This document shows, in pieces, positions 1 to 7,720 of a stretch of 12,815 nucleotides of DNA. The stretch spans positions 1-12,815 of the forward strand of contig JBGAOA010000088.1 of NCBI GenBank assembly GCA_044222065.1. Direction: 5' to 3'. Below the pieces are notes generated by a model. That model saw only the letters and a program-made list of their open reading frames with translations, made no database searches and had not been told where the DNA came from. Both the position numbers and the translations under genes were made by a program. The number at the start of each line of letters is the position of its first letter. Within the stretch, counting starts at the first letter, position 1. The DNA is from Candidatus Eiseniibacteriota bacterium. GTDB taxonomy: Bacteria; Eisenbacteria; RBG-16-71-46.

Positions 1-64
1 GACGGCTTCCTGCCGTCCCCTCTCTCACGCTCCGCTCGCTCCGCCAGTCCCTGGCTCCCGCTCG

Positions 65-233
65 CTTCGCGACGGCCCGGCGCAGGTACTGGCGCGTCCG
101 CTTCGCCTGCGTGATGACTTCGCGACGGCCCGGCGCAGGTACTGGCGTGTCCGCTTCGCCTGCGCGTCACGGCGCGACAGGCCAGCGCGCGTGCCGCTCG
201 GACCGCTTCGCCTGCGTGATGACTTCGCGACGG
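65..233. repeat. Intergenic tandem repeat, ~53-bp period, ~3 copies, each with an internal hairpin (REP-like)
   Basis: 65-111 and 118-164 match over 47 bp with one mismatch (C95/T148). 98-128 recurs exactly at 203-233. The core CCGCTTCGCCTGCG occurs at 98, 151 and 203. CGCAGG (81-86) can pair with CCTGCG (106-111). Confidence 0.85.
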
Positions 234-317
234 GGAGCGAGGGGTGGTTTCGTCCCTCGGCGAGTCGCGCAGATTGCACGATTGGAGCGAGAAAGCAGAC
301 AAGACGGCAGGCCGGAC

Positions 318-344
318 TCCAGAACGCGGCGGACACGCCGAAAG
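318..344 (+). promoter_or_regulatory. Possible sigma28 (FliA/SigD)-type promoter for the FIST operon
   Basis: TCCA-N15-GCCGAAAG compared with the consensus TAAA-N15-GCCGATAA: exact spacing, ~100 bp upstream of the ATG at 448. Confidence 0.35.
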
Positions 345-447
345 TCAGAGATGGACTCCTCCGGCTGCAGCCGTCGCGCCGCCGGCGCCGTGGACTCCGG
401 CGCCGGCGCAGGCGCGCGTGTGGGTGGCGTGAACGCGAAGGAACACC

Positions 448-1587
448 ATGAAGATCGATCAGCGGCACTGGACGCGCCGCGACGGATGGAACGACGCGGG
501 GCGTGACGGCGAGGATCGCGATGCGCACCTCGTCTTCGTGTTCGGCGGACGGCAGGACCTCCAGGATCCTCAGTGGCTGAATCGCATTCGGGAGCGCAGC
601 CCGCGGGCGCGCGTCGTCAGCGCGAGCACTGCGGGTGAGATTCGTGGCACCGAAGTTCACGACGACACGATCGTCAGCACCGCGATCGAGTTCGCGGCGT
701 CGGACGTGCGCACGACCTCGACACGCGTGACGAACGCGGCCGAGAGCGGCGCCGCCGGCCAGCGTCTCGCGCGTGCGCTTCCGCACCCCGGACTGCGCCA
801 CGTGCTCGTGCTCGCCGACGGCATCCGCGTGAACGGCAGCGAGCTCGCGCGCGGACTCCGCGACAACGTGCCCGCCGGCGTCGTCGTCACGGGCGGCCTC
901 GCGGGCGACGGGGCGCGCATGGAGCGCACGGTCGTCGGGCTCGACGGCGCTCCCGAGGAAGGGCAGATCGTCGCCGTCGGCTTCTACGGCGCGCGGCTCT
1001 CGATCGGATACGGCTCGCTCGGGGGCTGGGATCCGTTCGGACCCGAGCGGCTCATCACGCGCTCCGAGGGCAACGTGCTGCACGAGCTCGACGGGCAGAA
1101 CGCGCTCGAGCTGTACAAGGTCTATCTCGGCGAGCACGCCTCGGGGCTGCCGTGGACCGGGCTGCTGTTCCCGCTCGCGATCCGCATGCCCGACCGCCCC
1201 GAGACGCTCGTGCGCACGATCGTCGGCATCGACGAGACGGCGCACACGATGACGTTCGCGGGCGGCGTGCCGCAGGGCGCCTACGCGCGTCTCATGAAGG
1301 CGAACTTCGACCGGCTCATCGAGGGCGCCGCGGGCGCCGCCCGCGGGTGCGCCCGCGCGATGTCGGCCTCGGCGCCCGAGCTCGCGCTGCTCATCTCGTG
1401 CGTCGGACGCAAGCAGATCCTCAAGCAGCGCGTCGAAGAGGAGGTCGAGGCCGTGCGCGACGTGCTCGGCCCTTCGACCGCGCTCGCGGGCTTCTACTCG
1501 TACGGCGAGATCTGCCCGCATCTCGCATCGGCGAAGTGCGAACTCCACAACCAGACGATGACGATCACGACGTTCCGGGAGACCTGA
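448..1587 (+). CDS. FIST N/C-domain sensor protein (NosP family), 379 aa
   Basis: Motifs STAGEI, GGLAGD, GGWDPFGPER, LDGQNAL, SCVGR, GFYSYGEI and LHNQT are typical of FIST proteins. AAGGA RBS at 438-442. No signal peptide or TM segment. Confidence 0.92.
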   Translation: MKIDQRHWTRRDGWNDAGRDGEDRDAHLVFVFGGRQDLQDPQWLNRIRERSPRARVVSASTAGEIRGTEVHDDTIVSTAIEFAASDVRTTSTRVTNAAESGAAGQRLARALPHPGLRHVLVLADGIRVNGSELARGLRDNVPAGVVVTGGLAGDGARMERTVVGLDGAPEEGQIVAVGFYGARLSIGYGSLGGWDPFGPERLITRSEGNVLHELDGQNALELYKVYLGEHASGLPWTGLLFPLAIRMPDRPETLVRTIVGIDETAHTMTFAGGVPQGAYARLMKANFDRLIEGAAGAARGCARAMSASAPELALLISCVGRKQILKQRVEEEVEAVRDVLGPSTALAGFYSYGEICPHLASAKCELHNQTMTITTFRET

Positions 1588-1592
1588 GTCCC

Positions 1593-2723
1593 GTGCACGC
1601 GCTCCTCTTGCGACAGCTGCTGCGCTGCCGCGGCAGCGAGGACGCCCCTCCCGAGGACTGGGACCGCTTCGTGCGCGCCGTGAACGAGGCCTACGCCGAG
1701 AGCGACTCGGACCGCCAGCGCCTCGAGCGCACGATGGAGCTCATGTCGGCCGAGCTCATCGACCGCCACGCGCGGCTGCGCGCCGAACTCGAAGAGCTGT
1801 CGAACGTGCAGGCCGCGCTCAGGGAGAGCGAGTCACGGCTTCGTCGCGAGATCGAAGAACGCAAGCAGGTCGAGGTCGAACTGCGTCTCAAGCAGAAGCT
1901 CGAAGCCGTCGGCCAGCTCGCGGCCGGCATCGCACACGAGATCAACACGCCGATCCAGTTCGTCGGCGACAGCGTCGCGTTCCTGCGTGGCGCGCTCCAG
2001 GACTACCGGACGCTGCTCGAGCGCTATCGGACGCGCCTCCGGACCGCCGGCGACCTCGACGTCCTCGAGAAGGCGCGCGTCGAGTTCGAACGCCACGAGC
2101 GCGACGCCGACCTCGAGTACCTCGACACCCAGGTGCCGAAGGCGCTCGCTCGCGTGGAGGAGGGCACGCGCCGCGTGATCTCGATCGTGCGCGCCGTGAA
2201 GGAGTTCGCGCACCCCGACGAGCGGGAGTGCGTGTTCGCGGACCTCAACGCCGCGATCGAGAGCACGCTCACGGTGACGAGCAACGAGTACAAGTACGTC
2301 GCCGACGTCGTGACCGAATTCGGCGCGCTGCCCCAGGTGCGGTGCCGCATCGGCGACCTGAACCAGGTGTTCCTGAACCTGATCGTGAACGCGGTGCACG
2401 CGATCGCCGACGCCGGAAAGTGCGGCCACCCGGGGCGCGGCCGCATCGTGATCCGCACCTCGCACCAGAACGGCGAGGTGCTCGTCTCGGTGTCCGACAG
2501 CGGCTGCGGCATCCCCGAAGGGATCCGCGACCGGGTCTTCGACCCGTTCTTCACGACGAAGGAGGTCGGCCGCGGCACCGGTCAGGGACTCGCGATCGCG
2601 CGCACGATCGTCGTCGAGAAGCACGGCGGGGCGCTCTGGTTCGAGACCGAGTGCGGCGTCGGAACCACGTTCTTCGTGAAGCTGCCCGTCGTCGGGGAGG
2701 GCGAGAGCACGTGCGCCGCCTGA
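1593..2723 (+). CDS. Soluble sensor histidine kinase (HisKA + HATPase_c, NtrB/HupT-like), ~376 aa
   Basis: H-box AAGIAHEINTP, N-box LNQVFLNLIVNA, G1 DSGCGI, F-box FDPFFTTK, G2 GTGQGL. The GTG at 1593 lies 5 bp after the FIST stop; the ORF-track start at 1152 overlaps FIST and is rejected. Confidence 0.93.
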   Translation: MHALLLRQLLRCRGSEDAPPEDWDRFVRAVNEAYAESDSDRQRLERTMELMSAELIDRHARLRAELEELSNVQAALRESESRLRREIEERKQVEVELRLKQKLEAVGQLAAGIAHEINTPIQFVGDSVAFLRGALQDYRTLLERYRTRLRTAGDLDVLEKARVEFERHERDADLEYLDTQVPKALARVEEGTRRVISIVRAVKEFAHPDERECVFADLNAAIESTLTVTSNEYKYVADVVTEFGALPQVRCRIGDLNQVFLNLIVNAVHAIADAGKCGHPGRGRIVIRTSHQNGEVLVSVSDSGCGIPEGIRDRVFDPFFTTKEVGRGTGQGLAIARTIVVEKHGGALWFETECGVGTTFFVKLPVVGEGESTCAA

Positions 2724-3286
2724 GCGAACGCCGCCGGGTGCTGCTGCTCGACGACGAAGTCGCGGTGCTCGACGCGCTGCGCGTCGCGTTGCACAAGCGT
2801 CCGTACGACTTCGTCACGGCGACGTCCGCGAGCGACGCGCTCGAGGCACTGCGCCGCGAGAGCTTCGACGTCGTCGTCGCCGACGAACGCATGCCGGGCA
2901 TGTCCGGTTCGCAGTTCCTGGCGATCGCGCGGCGCAACTACCCCGCGGTGATGCGCATCATGCTCACCGGCCACGCGAGCTTCGACGCGGCCGTGCGCGC
3001 GGTCAACGAGGCCGAGGTGTTCCGGCTGCTCGTGAAGCCGTGCCCGGCGACCGATCTCGCGACGGCGATCCGGCTCGCGATCCTGGTCAAGGACCTGCGC
3101 GAGGCGTGCATCCTCGCGTTGCGCGCCGCCGGAGCGAACGAGGAGCTGGACGAGCTCGAGCGGCTGAATCCCGGACTCGCGAGCGCGATCGGGCACGAGC
3201 CCGCGTGGGTTCCGCTCGGCGCCGCTCCGGAAGCGCCCGCGGACGACGCGTCGTCCGAATCGCGACACGACGACGCGGCCGCCTGA
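2711..3286 (+). CDS. Response regulator: receiver domain with a short C-terminal tail and no HTH, ~191 aa
   Basis: Acidic pocket LLLDDE, phosphoacceptor in VVVADERMPG, Thr in MLTG, Lys in LVKP. The GTG at 2711 follows GGAGG (2696-2700) and overlaps the kinase stop. Confidence 0.9.
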   Translation: MRRLSERRRVLLLDDEVAVLDALRVALHKRPYDFVTATSASDALEALRRESFDVVVADERMPGMSGSQFLAIARRNYPAVMRIMLTGHASFDAAVRAVNEAEVFRLLVKPCPATDLATAIRLAILVKDLREACILALRAAGANEELDELERLNPGLASAIGHEPAWVPLGAAPEAPADDASSESRHDDAAA

Positions 3287-3331
3287 TCGAACGCGCCCCA
3301 CGCCGCGATCGTCGCGACGCGCAATTCTCCC

Positions 3332-3360
3332 TTGACGAAGGCGCGCGCCGGGCGTTCGAT
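3332..3360 (+). promoter_or_regulatory. Candidate sigma70-type promoter of the ncRNA
   Basis: TTGACG (3332-3337)-N17-TTCGAT (3355-3360): strong -35, weak -10. It would place the start at ~3367, the 5' end of the predicted closing stem. Confidence 0.4.
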
Positions 3361-3364
3361 GCGC

Positions 3365-3518
3365 GTGCGGCGAGGGTGCCGTGAAGACCCGACCCGCGAC
3401 ATCCACCGCCCATTGACCCAGTGGGCTCGGCCGAATGCGGAACCTCTGAGGGGAACCGCTGGCCGGAACGAGAAACCGACGCCGTTCGGGACTCAGGCCG
3501 GGACTGACCCTCCTGCGC
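3365..3518 (+). ncRNA. Probable structured small RNA, 6S RNA-like (resembles cyanobacterial-type 6S/SsaA)
   Basis: Lies between convergent genes. End-to-end pairing: GTGCGG/CTGCGC, GAGGGT 3372-3377/ACCCTC 3507-3512, GCC-TGA/TCAGGC, CCCGA/TCGGG. Internal hairpins at 3408-3426 and 3427-3466. The ordered motifs GGTGCCGT...ACCG-N4-TTGACCC...GAAC...GAGAAA...GAC-N-CAGGC match cyanobacterial 6S as I recall it. Confidence 0.62.
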
Positions 3519-3519
3519 T

Positions 3520-3549
3520 GCCGGAGCCTCGAGCGGCGTCCGGCGTTTC
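3520..3549 (+). terminator. Candidate intrinsic terminator after the ncRNA (possibly shared with the convergent HD gene)
   Basis: GCCGGA-GCC (3520-3528) pairs with GGC-g-TCCGGC (3535-3544), followed by GTTTC. The U-tract is short. Confidence 0.4.
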
Positions 3550-3563
3550 GCGGGCGTCGCGCG

Positions 3564-4133
3564 CTACAGGCCGAGGTCGTCGCGCACCGCGAGCATCGCG
3601 TCGCGAACGAACGCGATGTGCTCCTCGAGCGGCACACCGAGCTCGGCGGTCCCCTTCGCGATGTCGTCGCGATTCACGTTGCGCGCGAAGTCCACGCGCT
3701 TGAGCTTCTTCAGCACCGAGTCCACTTCGACGGCGTCGAGCTTCTTCCCCGGCTGGACGAGCGCGCAGGCGACGAGGAAGCCGCTCAGTTCGTCGCACGC
3801 GTACAGCGCGCGCGCCATGTCGGTGTCGCGCGGCACGCCGGTGTGCTCCGCGTGACCGAGCACCGCACGGCAGACGTCCTCGGGCCAGCCCTGCGCGCGC
3901 AGCACCTCGACGCCCTTCACGGGATGCCGTTCGAGATCGGGGTGGCGCTCCCAGTCGAAGTCGTGGATCAGCCCGGCGAGCGCCCAGCGCGCTTCGTCGC
4001 CGCCGAGTCGGCGCGCATACGCGCGCATCGCGGCCTCGACGGCGTAGCAGTGCTTGCGCAGGTTGACGTTCGCGACCCATTCGTGGAGCAGCGCGAGCGC
4101 CTGTTCGCGCGTCGGCAGCGATTCGGCGGTCAT
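3564..4133 (-). CDS. HD-superfamily (HDIG-type) predicted metal-dependent phosphohydrolase, 189 aa
   Basis: Motifs LRKHCYAVEAAM, GLIHDFDWE (HD motif), HP, GH, ACDELSG and FARNVNRDDI are typical of the COG2316-like family. Confidence 0.88.
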   Translation of the reverse strand: MTAESLPTREQALALLHEWVANVNLRKHCYAVEAAMRAYARRLGGDEARWALAGLIHDFDWERHPDLERHPVKGVEVLRAQGWPEDVCRAVLGHAEHTGVPRDTDMARALYACDELSGFLVACALVQPGKKLDAVEVDSVLKKLKRVDFARNVNRDDIAKGTAELGVPLEEHIAFVRDAMLAVRDDLGL

Positions 4134-4146
4134 CGGGAGCCTCGGG

Positions 4147-4177
4147 ACGAAGACGGGCGGCGCACCGGCGCCGCCCG
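4147..4177 (-). terminator. GC-rich hairpin downstream of the ferredoxin gene (terminator or mRNA stabiliser)
   Basis: Perfect 10-bp stem CGGGCGGCGC (4154-4163) / GCGCCGCCCG (4168-4177) with a 4-nt loop, followed on the minus strand by TCTTCGT. Confidence 0.55.
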
Positions 4178-4200
4178 CGGGAACGCGATCGCGGGGACCG

Positions 4201-4437
4201 CTACTTCTGGAAGAACTCCTTGTTCTTCTGGATGAAGCCCTTCCACTTCTCGGGAATGCCGTTGTCCGGGAAGATCGCCTGCACCGGGCACGCGGCTTCG
4301 CACGCCTGACAGTCGATGCACTCGTCGGGGTGGATGTAGTACTGGTCCTCCCCTTCGTAGATGCAGTTCACCGGGCAGACTTCGACGCACGACTTGTCCT
4401 TCACCCCGATGCACGGCTCGGCGATGATGAACGGCAT
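4201..4437 (-). CDS. 7Fe-type ([3Fe-4S][4Fe-4S]) FdxA-like ferredoxin, 78 aa
   Basis: C-x7-C-x3-CP (CIGVKDKSCVEVCP) plus CxxCxxCxxxCP (CIDCQACEAACP), and C-terminal IPEKWKGFIQKNKEFF. GGAGG RBS upstream. Confidence 0.95.
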   Translation of the reverse strand: MPFIIAEPCIGVKDKSCVEVCPVNCIYEGEDQYYIHPDECIDCQACEAACPVQAIFPDNGIPEKWKGFIQKNKEFFQK

Positions 4438-4575
4438 GTAGGAACCTCCGGGAGGATCGCGGTGGCGCGCGCCGCGCGCTCACGAGTGTGCGAAAGCGCG
4501 CGCGAGTCTAGCCTGAACCCTCCGCGGGCCGCTACTGCCGCCGCGACCCGCCCGCCTCGGAGCGACGCGCGAGTC

Positions 4576-4605
4576 TTGACCGTCTCGCGCGGCGCTCCTT
4601 AGAGT
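4576..4605 (+). promoter_or_regulatory. Candidate sigma70 promoter of the exporter operon
   Basis: TTGACC (4576-4581)-N18-TAGAGT (4600-4605), ~40 bp before the start at 4643. Confidence 0.5.
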
Positions 4606-4642
4606 CCGCGCCTCCTTCCCTGCTTTCCCTCCCGAGGCCCGT

Positions 4643-5830
4643 GTGTCCGACACCAAGCCCTCGATCGCCAGCCTGCGCATCGACCGCAGCGAGTCCGCGC
4701 GCCCGAATTCCGGCGGCACGGGACGGTGGCTGCTGGTGTTCCTCGCCGCGCTGGGACTCGCGGTCGCCGTTTGGTTCGCATTGCGGCCGCGCGAACTCGC
4801 GGTCCGCGTCGGCACCGCGCAGGCGACCGGCGGCGGCACGGCCTCGAGCGCTGGCATCAGCGCGAACGGCTACGTCGTGGCGCGCACGAAGGCGTCCGTC
4901 GCCGCCAAGATCCCGGGGCGGCTCGAGTTCCTCGGCGTCTCCGAGGGAACGCGCGTGCGCAAGGGCGACGTGATCGCGCGGCTCGAATCCGGTGACTACG
5001 CCGCGCAGCTCGCGAGCGCGCGCGCGACCGTCGCGCAGTTCGAGGCGCAGCTCGCGCAGGCGCAGCGCGACCTTCAGCGCGCGGAAGCGCTCCGGAAGGA
5101 CCGGCTCAACTCGGACTTCGACCTCGAGAGCGCGACGACGCAGGTGCGCGTGCTGCAGTCCCAGCGCGACGCCGCGCGGGCGCTCGCGGAGCTCGCCGCG
5201 GTGAACCTCGAGAACACGCGCGTTCGCGCACCGTTCAACGGGACCGTGCTGCGCAAGGACGCCGAGGTCGGCGAGATCGTCGTGCCGTCGTCGGCCGGAG
5301 GCGGCCTCACGCGCACCGCGATCTGCACGATGGCGGACCTCGGCACGCTCGAGGTCGAGGTGGACGTGAACGAGGCGTACATCGCGCAGATCGAGAACGG
5401 GCAGCGCGCCGCGATCACGCTCGACGCCTACCCGGACACGTCGTTCGCGGGCCGCGTGCGGCAGGTCGTTCCGACCGCGGACCGCCAGAAGGCGACCGTG
5501 CTCGTGAAGGTGTCCATCCTCGATCACGACCCGCGCCTCTTGCCCGAGATGGGCGCGCGCGTCGTGTTCGTGCGCGACGCATCGGCCCCGCAGGTCGCGG
5601 CCGCGCCGCGCCGGGTGACGATTCCGCGCGCCGCGCTCGTGCAAGGCGCGGATGGCGCGTGCGTGTGGGTCGTGCAGGACGGCACGGTGCGATCGCTCGC
5701 GGTCGAGCCGGGGCCGGAGCGGGGTGAATCGGTCGAGATCCGCAGCGGACTCGAAGGCGGCGAGAGCGTGGTGCTCGATCCCCCGGCGGAACTTGCGAAC
5801 GGCCGCAAGGTGCGGCCCCTTCCCTCTTGA
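4643..5830 (+). CDS. Periplasmic adaptor / membrane fusion protein (MacA/HlyD family), 395 aa
   Basis: N-terminal TM segment (WLLVFLAALGLAVAVWFAL), lipoyl half-motifs (VSEGTRVRKGDVIARL; VRAPFNGTV), alpha-helical hairpin, LEVEVDVNE and C-terminal SGLEGGESVV. Confidence 0.93.
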   Translation: MSDTKPSIASLRIDRSESARPNSGGTGRWLLVFLAALGLAVAVWFALRPRELAVRVGTAQATGGGTASSAGISANGYVVARTKASVAAKIPGRLEFLGVSEGTRVRKGDVIARLESGDYAAQLASARATVAQFEAQLAQAQRDLQRAEALRKDRLNSDFDLESATTQVRVLQSQRDAARALAELAAVNLENTRVRAPFNGTVLRKDAEVGEIVVPSSAGGGLTRTAICTMADLGTLEVEVDVNEAYIAQIENGQRAAITLDAYPDTSFAGRVRQVVPTADRQKATVLVKVSILDHDPRLLPEMGARVVFVRDASAPQVAAAPRRVTIPRAALVQGADGACVWVVQDGTVRSLAVEPGPERGESVEIRSGLEGGESVVLDPPAELANGRKVRPLPS

Positions 5831-5838
5831 GGTCCACG

Positions 5839-6513
5839 ATGGCGTCCATCGAAGTGGCCGACGTCCACAAGGTCTACCAGCGCGACGCGCAGCGGATTCC
5901 CGTCCTCGCAGGCGTGTCGCTGCGCGTCGAAGAGGGCGACTTCGTCGCGCTCATGGGGCCCTCCGGCAGCGGCAAAACGACGCTCCTCAACCTGATCGGC
6001 GGCATCGATCAGCCGACGAACGGCACGATCCGCGTCGGCGACACCGAGATCTCGCGCCTGCCGGCGCGCGCGCTCGCCGCGTGGCGCTCGCGGCACATCG
6101 GCTACATCTTCCAGCTCTACAATCTCATTCCCGTCCTGAACGCGCTCCAGAACGTCGAGCTGCCGCTGCTGCTCGTGAAGGGCATGAAGGGCTCGGAGCG
6201 CAAGGAGCGCGCGGCGAACGCGCTCAGGCTCGTCGGGCTCGGCGACCGGATGACCCACTTCCCCCGCCAGTTGTCGGGCGGACAGGAACAGCGCGTCGCG
6301 ATCGCACGCGCGATCGTGAGCGATCCGTCCGTGCTGCTCGCGGACGAGCCGACCGGAGACCTCGACCGCAAGTCGGGCGAGGAGGTCCTCGCGTTGCTCG
6401 ACCAGCTGAACCGCGACTTCAAGAAGACGATCGTCATGGTGACGCACGACCCCCACGCCGCGGAGCGCGCGCACCGCATGGTGCACCTCGACAAGGGCGA
6501 GCTGTCGGCCTGA
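5839..6513 (+). CDS. ABC transporter ATP-binding subunit (LolD/MacB-type), 224 aa
   Basis: Walker [10 protein letters not shown]-loop IFQ, signature LSGGQ, Walker B LLADE, H-loop VTHD. ATG at 5839 follows GAGG. Confidence 0.95.
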   Translation: MASIEVADVHKVYQRDAQRIPVLAGVSLRVEEGDFVALMGPSGSGKTTLLNLIGGIDQPTNGTIRVGDTEISRLPARALAAWRSRHIGYIFQLYNLIPVLNALQNVELPLLLVKGMKGSERKERAANALRLVGLGDRMTHFPRQLSGGQEQRVAIARAIVSDPSVLLADEPTGDLDRKSGEEVLALLDQLNRDFKKTIVMVTHDPHAAERAHRMVHLDKGELSA

Positions 6514-6529
6514 ACGGAGAACCGATCTC

Positions 6530-7711
6530 GTGCTCCAGGTCGTGATGGTCAACCTGATGCGCAACAAGCTGCGCACGCTCCTCACGCTCGCGAGCGTGTT
6601 CGTGGCGCTGTTCCTCTACAGCTCGCTCGGCGCGATCCTCGACACGTTCAAGGCCGCCGCCGACTCCGGCAGCCGCGAGCGACTCGCCGTGCGGCACGCG
6701 ATCTCGCTCACGAACTTCCTCCCCGGCAACTACAAGGAGCGCATCGTCGCCGTGCCGGGAGTGAAGCGCGTCTGCACGCAGACGTGGTTCGGCGGCATCG
6801 ATCCGGTCGAACCGCGCGTGATGCGCCAGCGCTTCGCCGTGGACGACGACTTCTGGCCGATGTACCGCAAGGATTTCGAGATCGTTCAGTGGTCGGAGCC
6901 GCAGGTTCCGGTCTCGTTGCCGCACGATCAGGACCCGCACCTCGCGGCCTACTTCCTCGAGCGCAACGCCTGCGTCGTCGGCCTGCAGTTGTTCGAGAAG
7001 CGCGGCTGGAAGCTCGGACAGACGATCCACCTCGAGGGCACGCTGTTCCGCGGCACCTGGGACTTCGTGATCCGCGGCGTCTACGAACGCCGCGAGGGCG
7101 GCACGTGGAACGAGGATCTGATCCTGTTCCACAACGAGTACCTGCGTGAGAAGGGCCTCGGCGGCAGCGACCTCGTCGGCGTGTTCAAGGCCGAGATCCC
7201 CGATCCGTCGAAGTCGGCGTCGATCGCGGGCCGCATCGACGCGCTGTTCGAGAACTCGGACAACGCCACGAAGACCGAGAGCGAGCAGGCGTTCGGCGCC
7301 GGGTTCATCAGCATGTTCGGCAACGTCCCCTTCGCGCTGCGCCTGATCGGCTTCGCGGTCGTGTTCACGATCCTCGTCATCTCGGCGAACACGATGGTCA
7401 TGGCGGTGCGCGAACGCACGAGCGAGATCGCGGTCATGAAGACGCTCGGATTCTCGGACGGCCAGATCTTCGGCATGGTCGTGATGGAGGCCGCGATCAT
7501 CACGACGGGCGGCGGATTGCTCGCCGCGCTCCTCGCGAAGTTCGGCCTCGATCGCGCGCCGTTTCCGATCTTCAACCAGCTCACGATCACGTGGCCGACG
7601 GTGCTGACGGCGATCGCGATCGCCGTCGTGCTCGGCGCCGTGAGCGGCTTCATCCCGGCCTGGCAGGCGTCGCGCCTGCGCATCGTGGACGCGCTCCGGC
7701 GCGTGGACTAG
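6530..7711 (+). CDS. ABC transporter permease (MacB/FtsX family), 393 aa
   Basis: [12 protein letters not shown] before TM1, a large periplasmic domain, [17 protein letters not shown] coupling motif, and C-terminal [15 protein letters not shown]. Confidence 0.93.
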   Translation: MLQVVMVNLMRNKLRTLLTLASVFVALFLYSSLGAILDTFKAAADSGSRERLAVRHAISLTNFLPGNYKERIVAVPGVKRVCTQTWFGGIDPVEPRVMRQRFAVDDDFWPMYRKDFEIVQWSEPQVPVSLPHDQDPHLAAYFLERNACVVGLQLFEKRGWKLGQTIHLEGTLFRGTWDFVIRGVYERREGGTWNEDLILFHNEYLREKGLGGSDLVGVFKAEIPDPSKSASIAGRIDALFENSDNATKTESEQAFGAGFISMFGNVPFALRLIGFAVVFTILVISANTMVMAVRERTSEIAVMKTLGFSDGQIFGMVVMEAAIITTGGGLLAALLAKFGLDRAPFPIFNQLTITWPTVLTAIAIAVVLGAVSGFIPAWQASRLRIVDALRRVD

Positions 7712-7720
7712 GAGACCGCC

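Noticed and set aside
65..233. CRISPR array (CCGCTTCGCCTGCG with 38-39-nt gaps)
   Set aside because: The apparent spacers are themselves repeated or homologous, the shared core is only 14 bp and no cas genes are in the window.
25..1548. 507-aa minus-strand ORF, and similar long antisense ORFs at 4532-5644, 6434-8326 and 10773-12686
   Set aside because: Shadow frames opposite well-supported genes in very GC-rich DNA, with Arg/Ala-rich translations and no recognisable motifs.
3365..3518. SRP RNA, tmRNA, tRNA or riboswitch
   Set aside because: No SRP domain IV motif (CAGG..CGGAAGG.AGCAG), no tRNA-like ends or T-loop, and no downstream gene on either strand for cis control.
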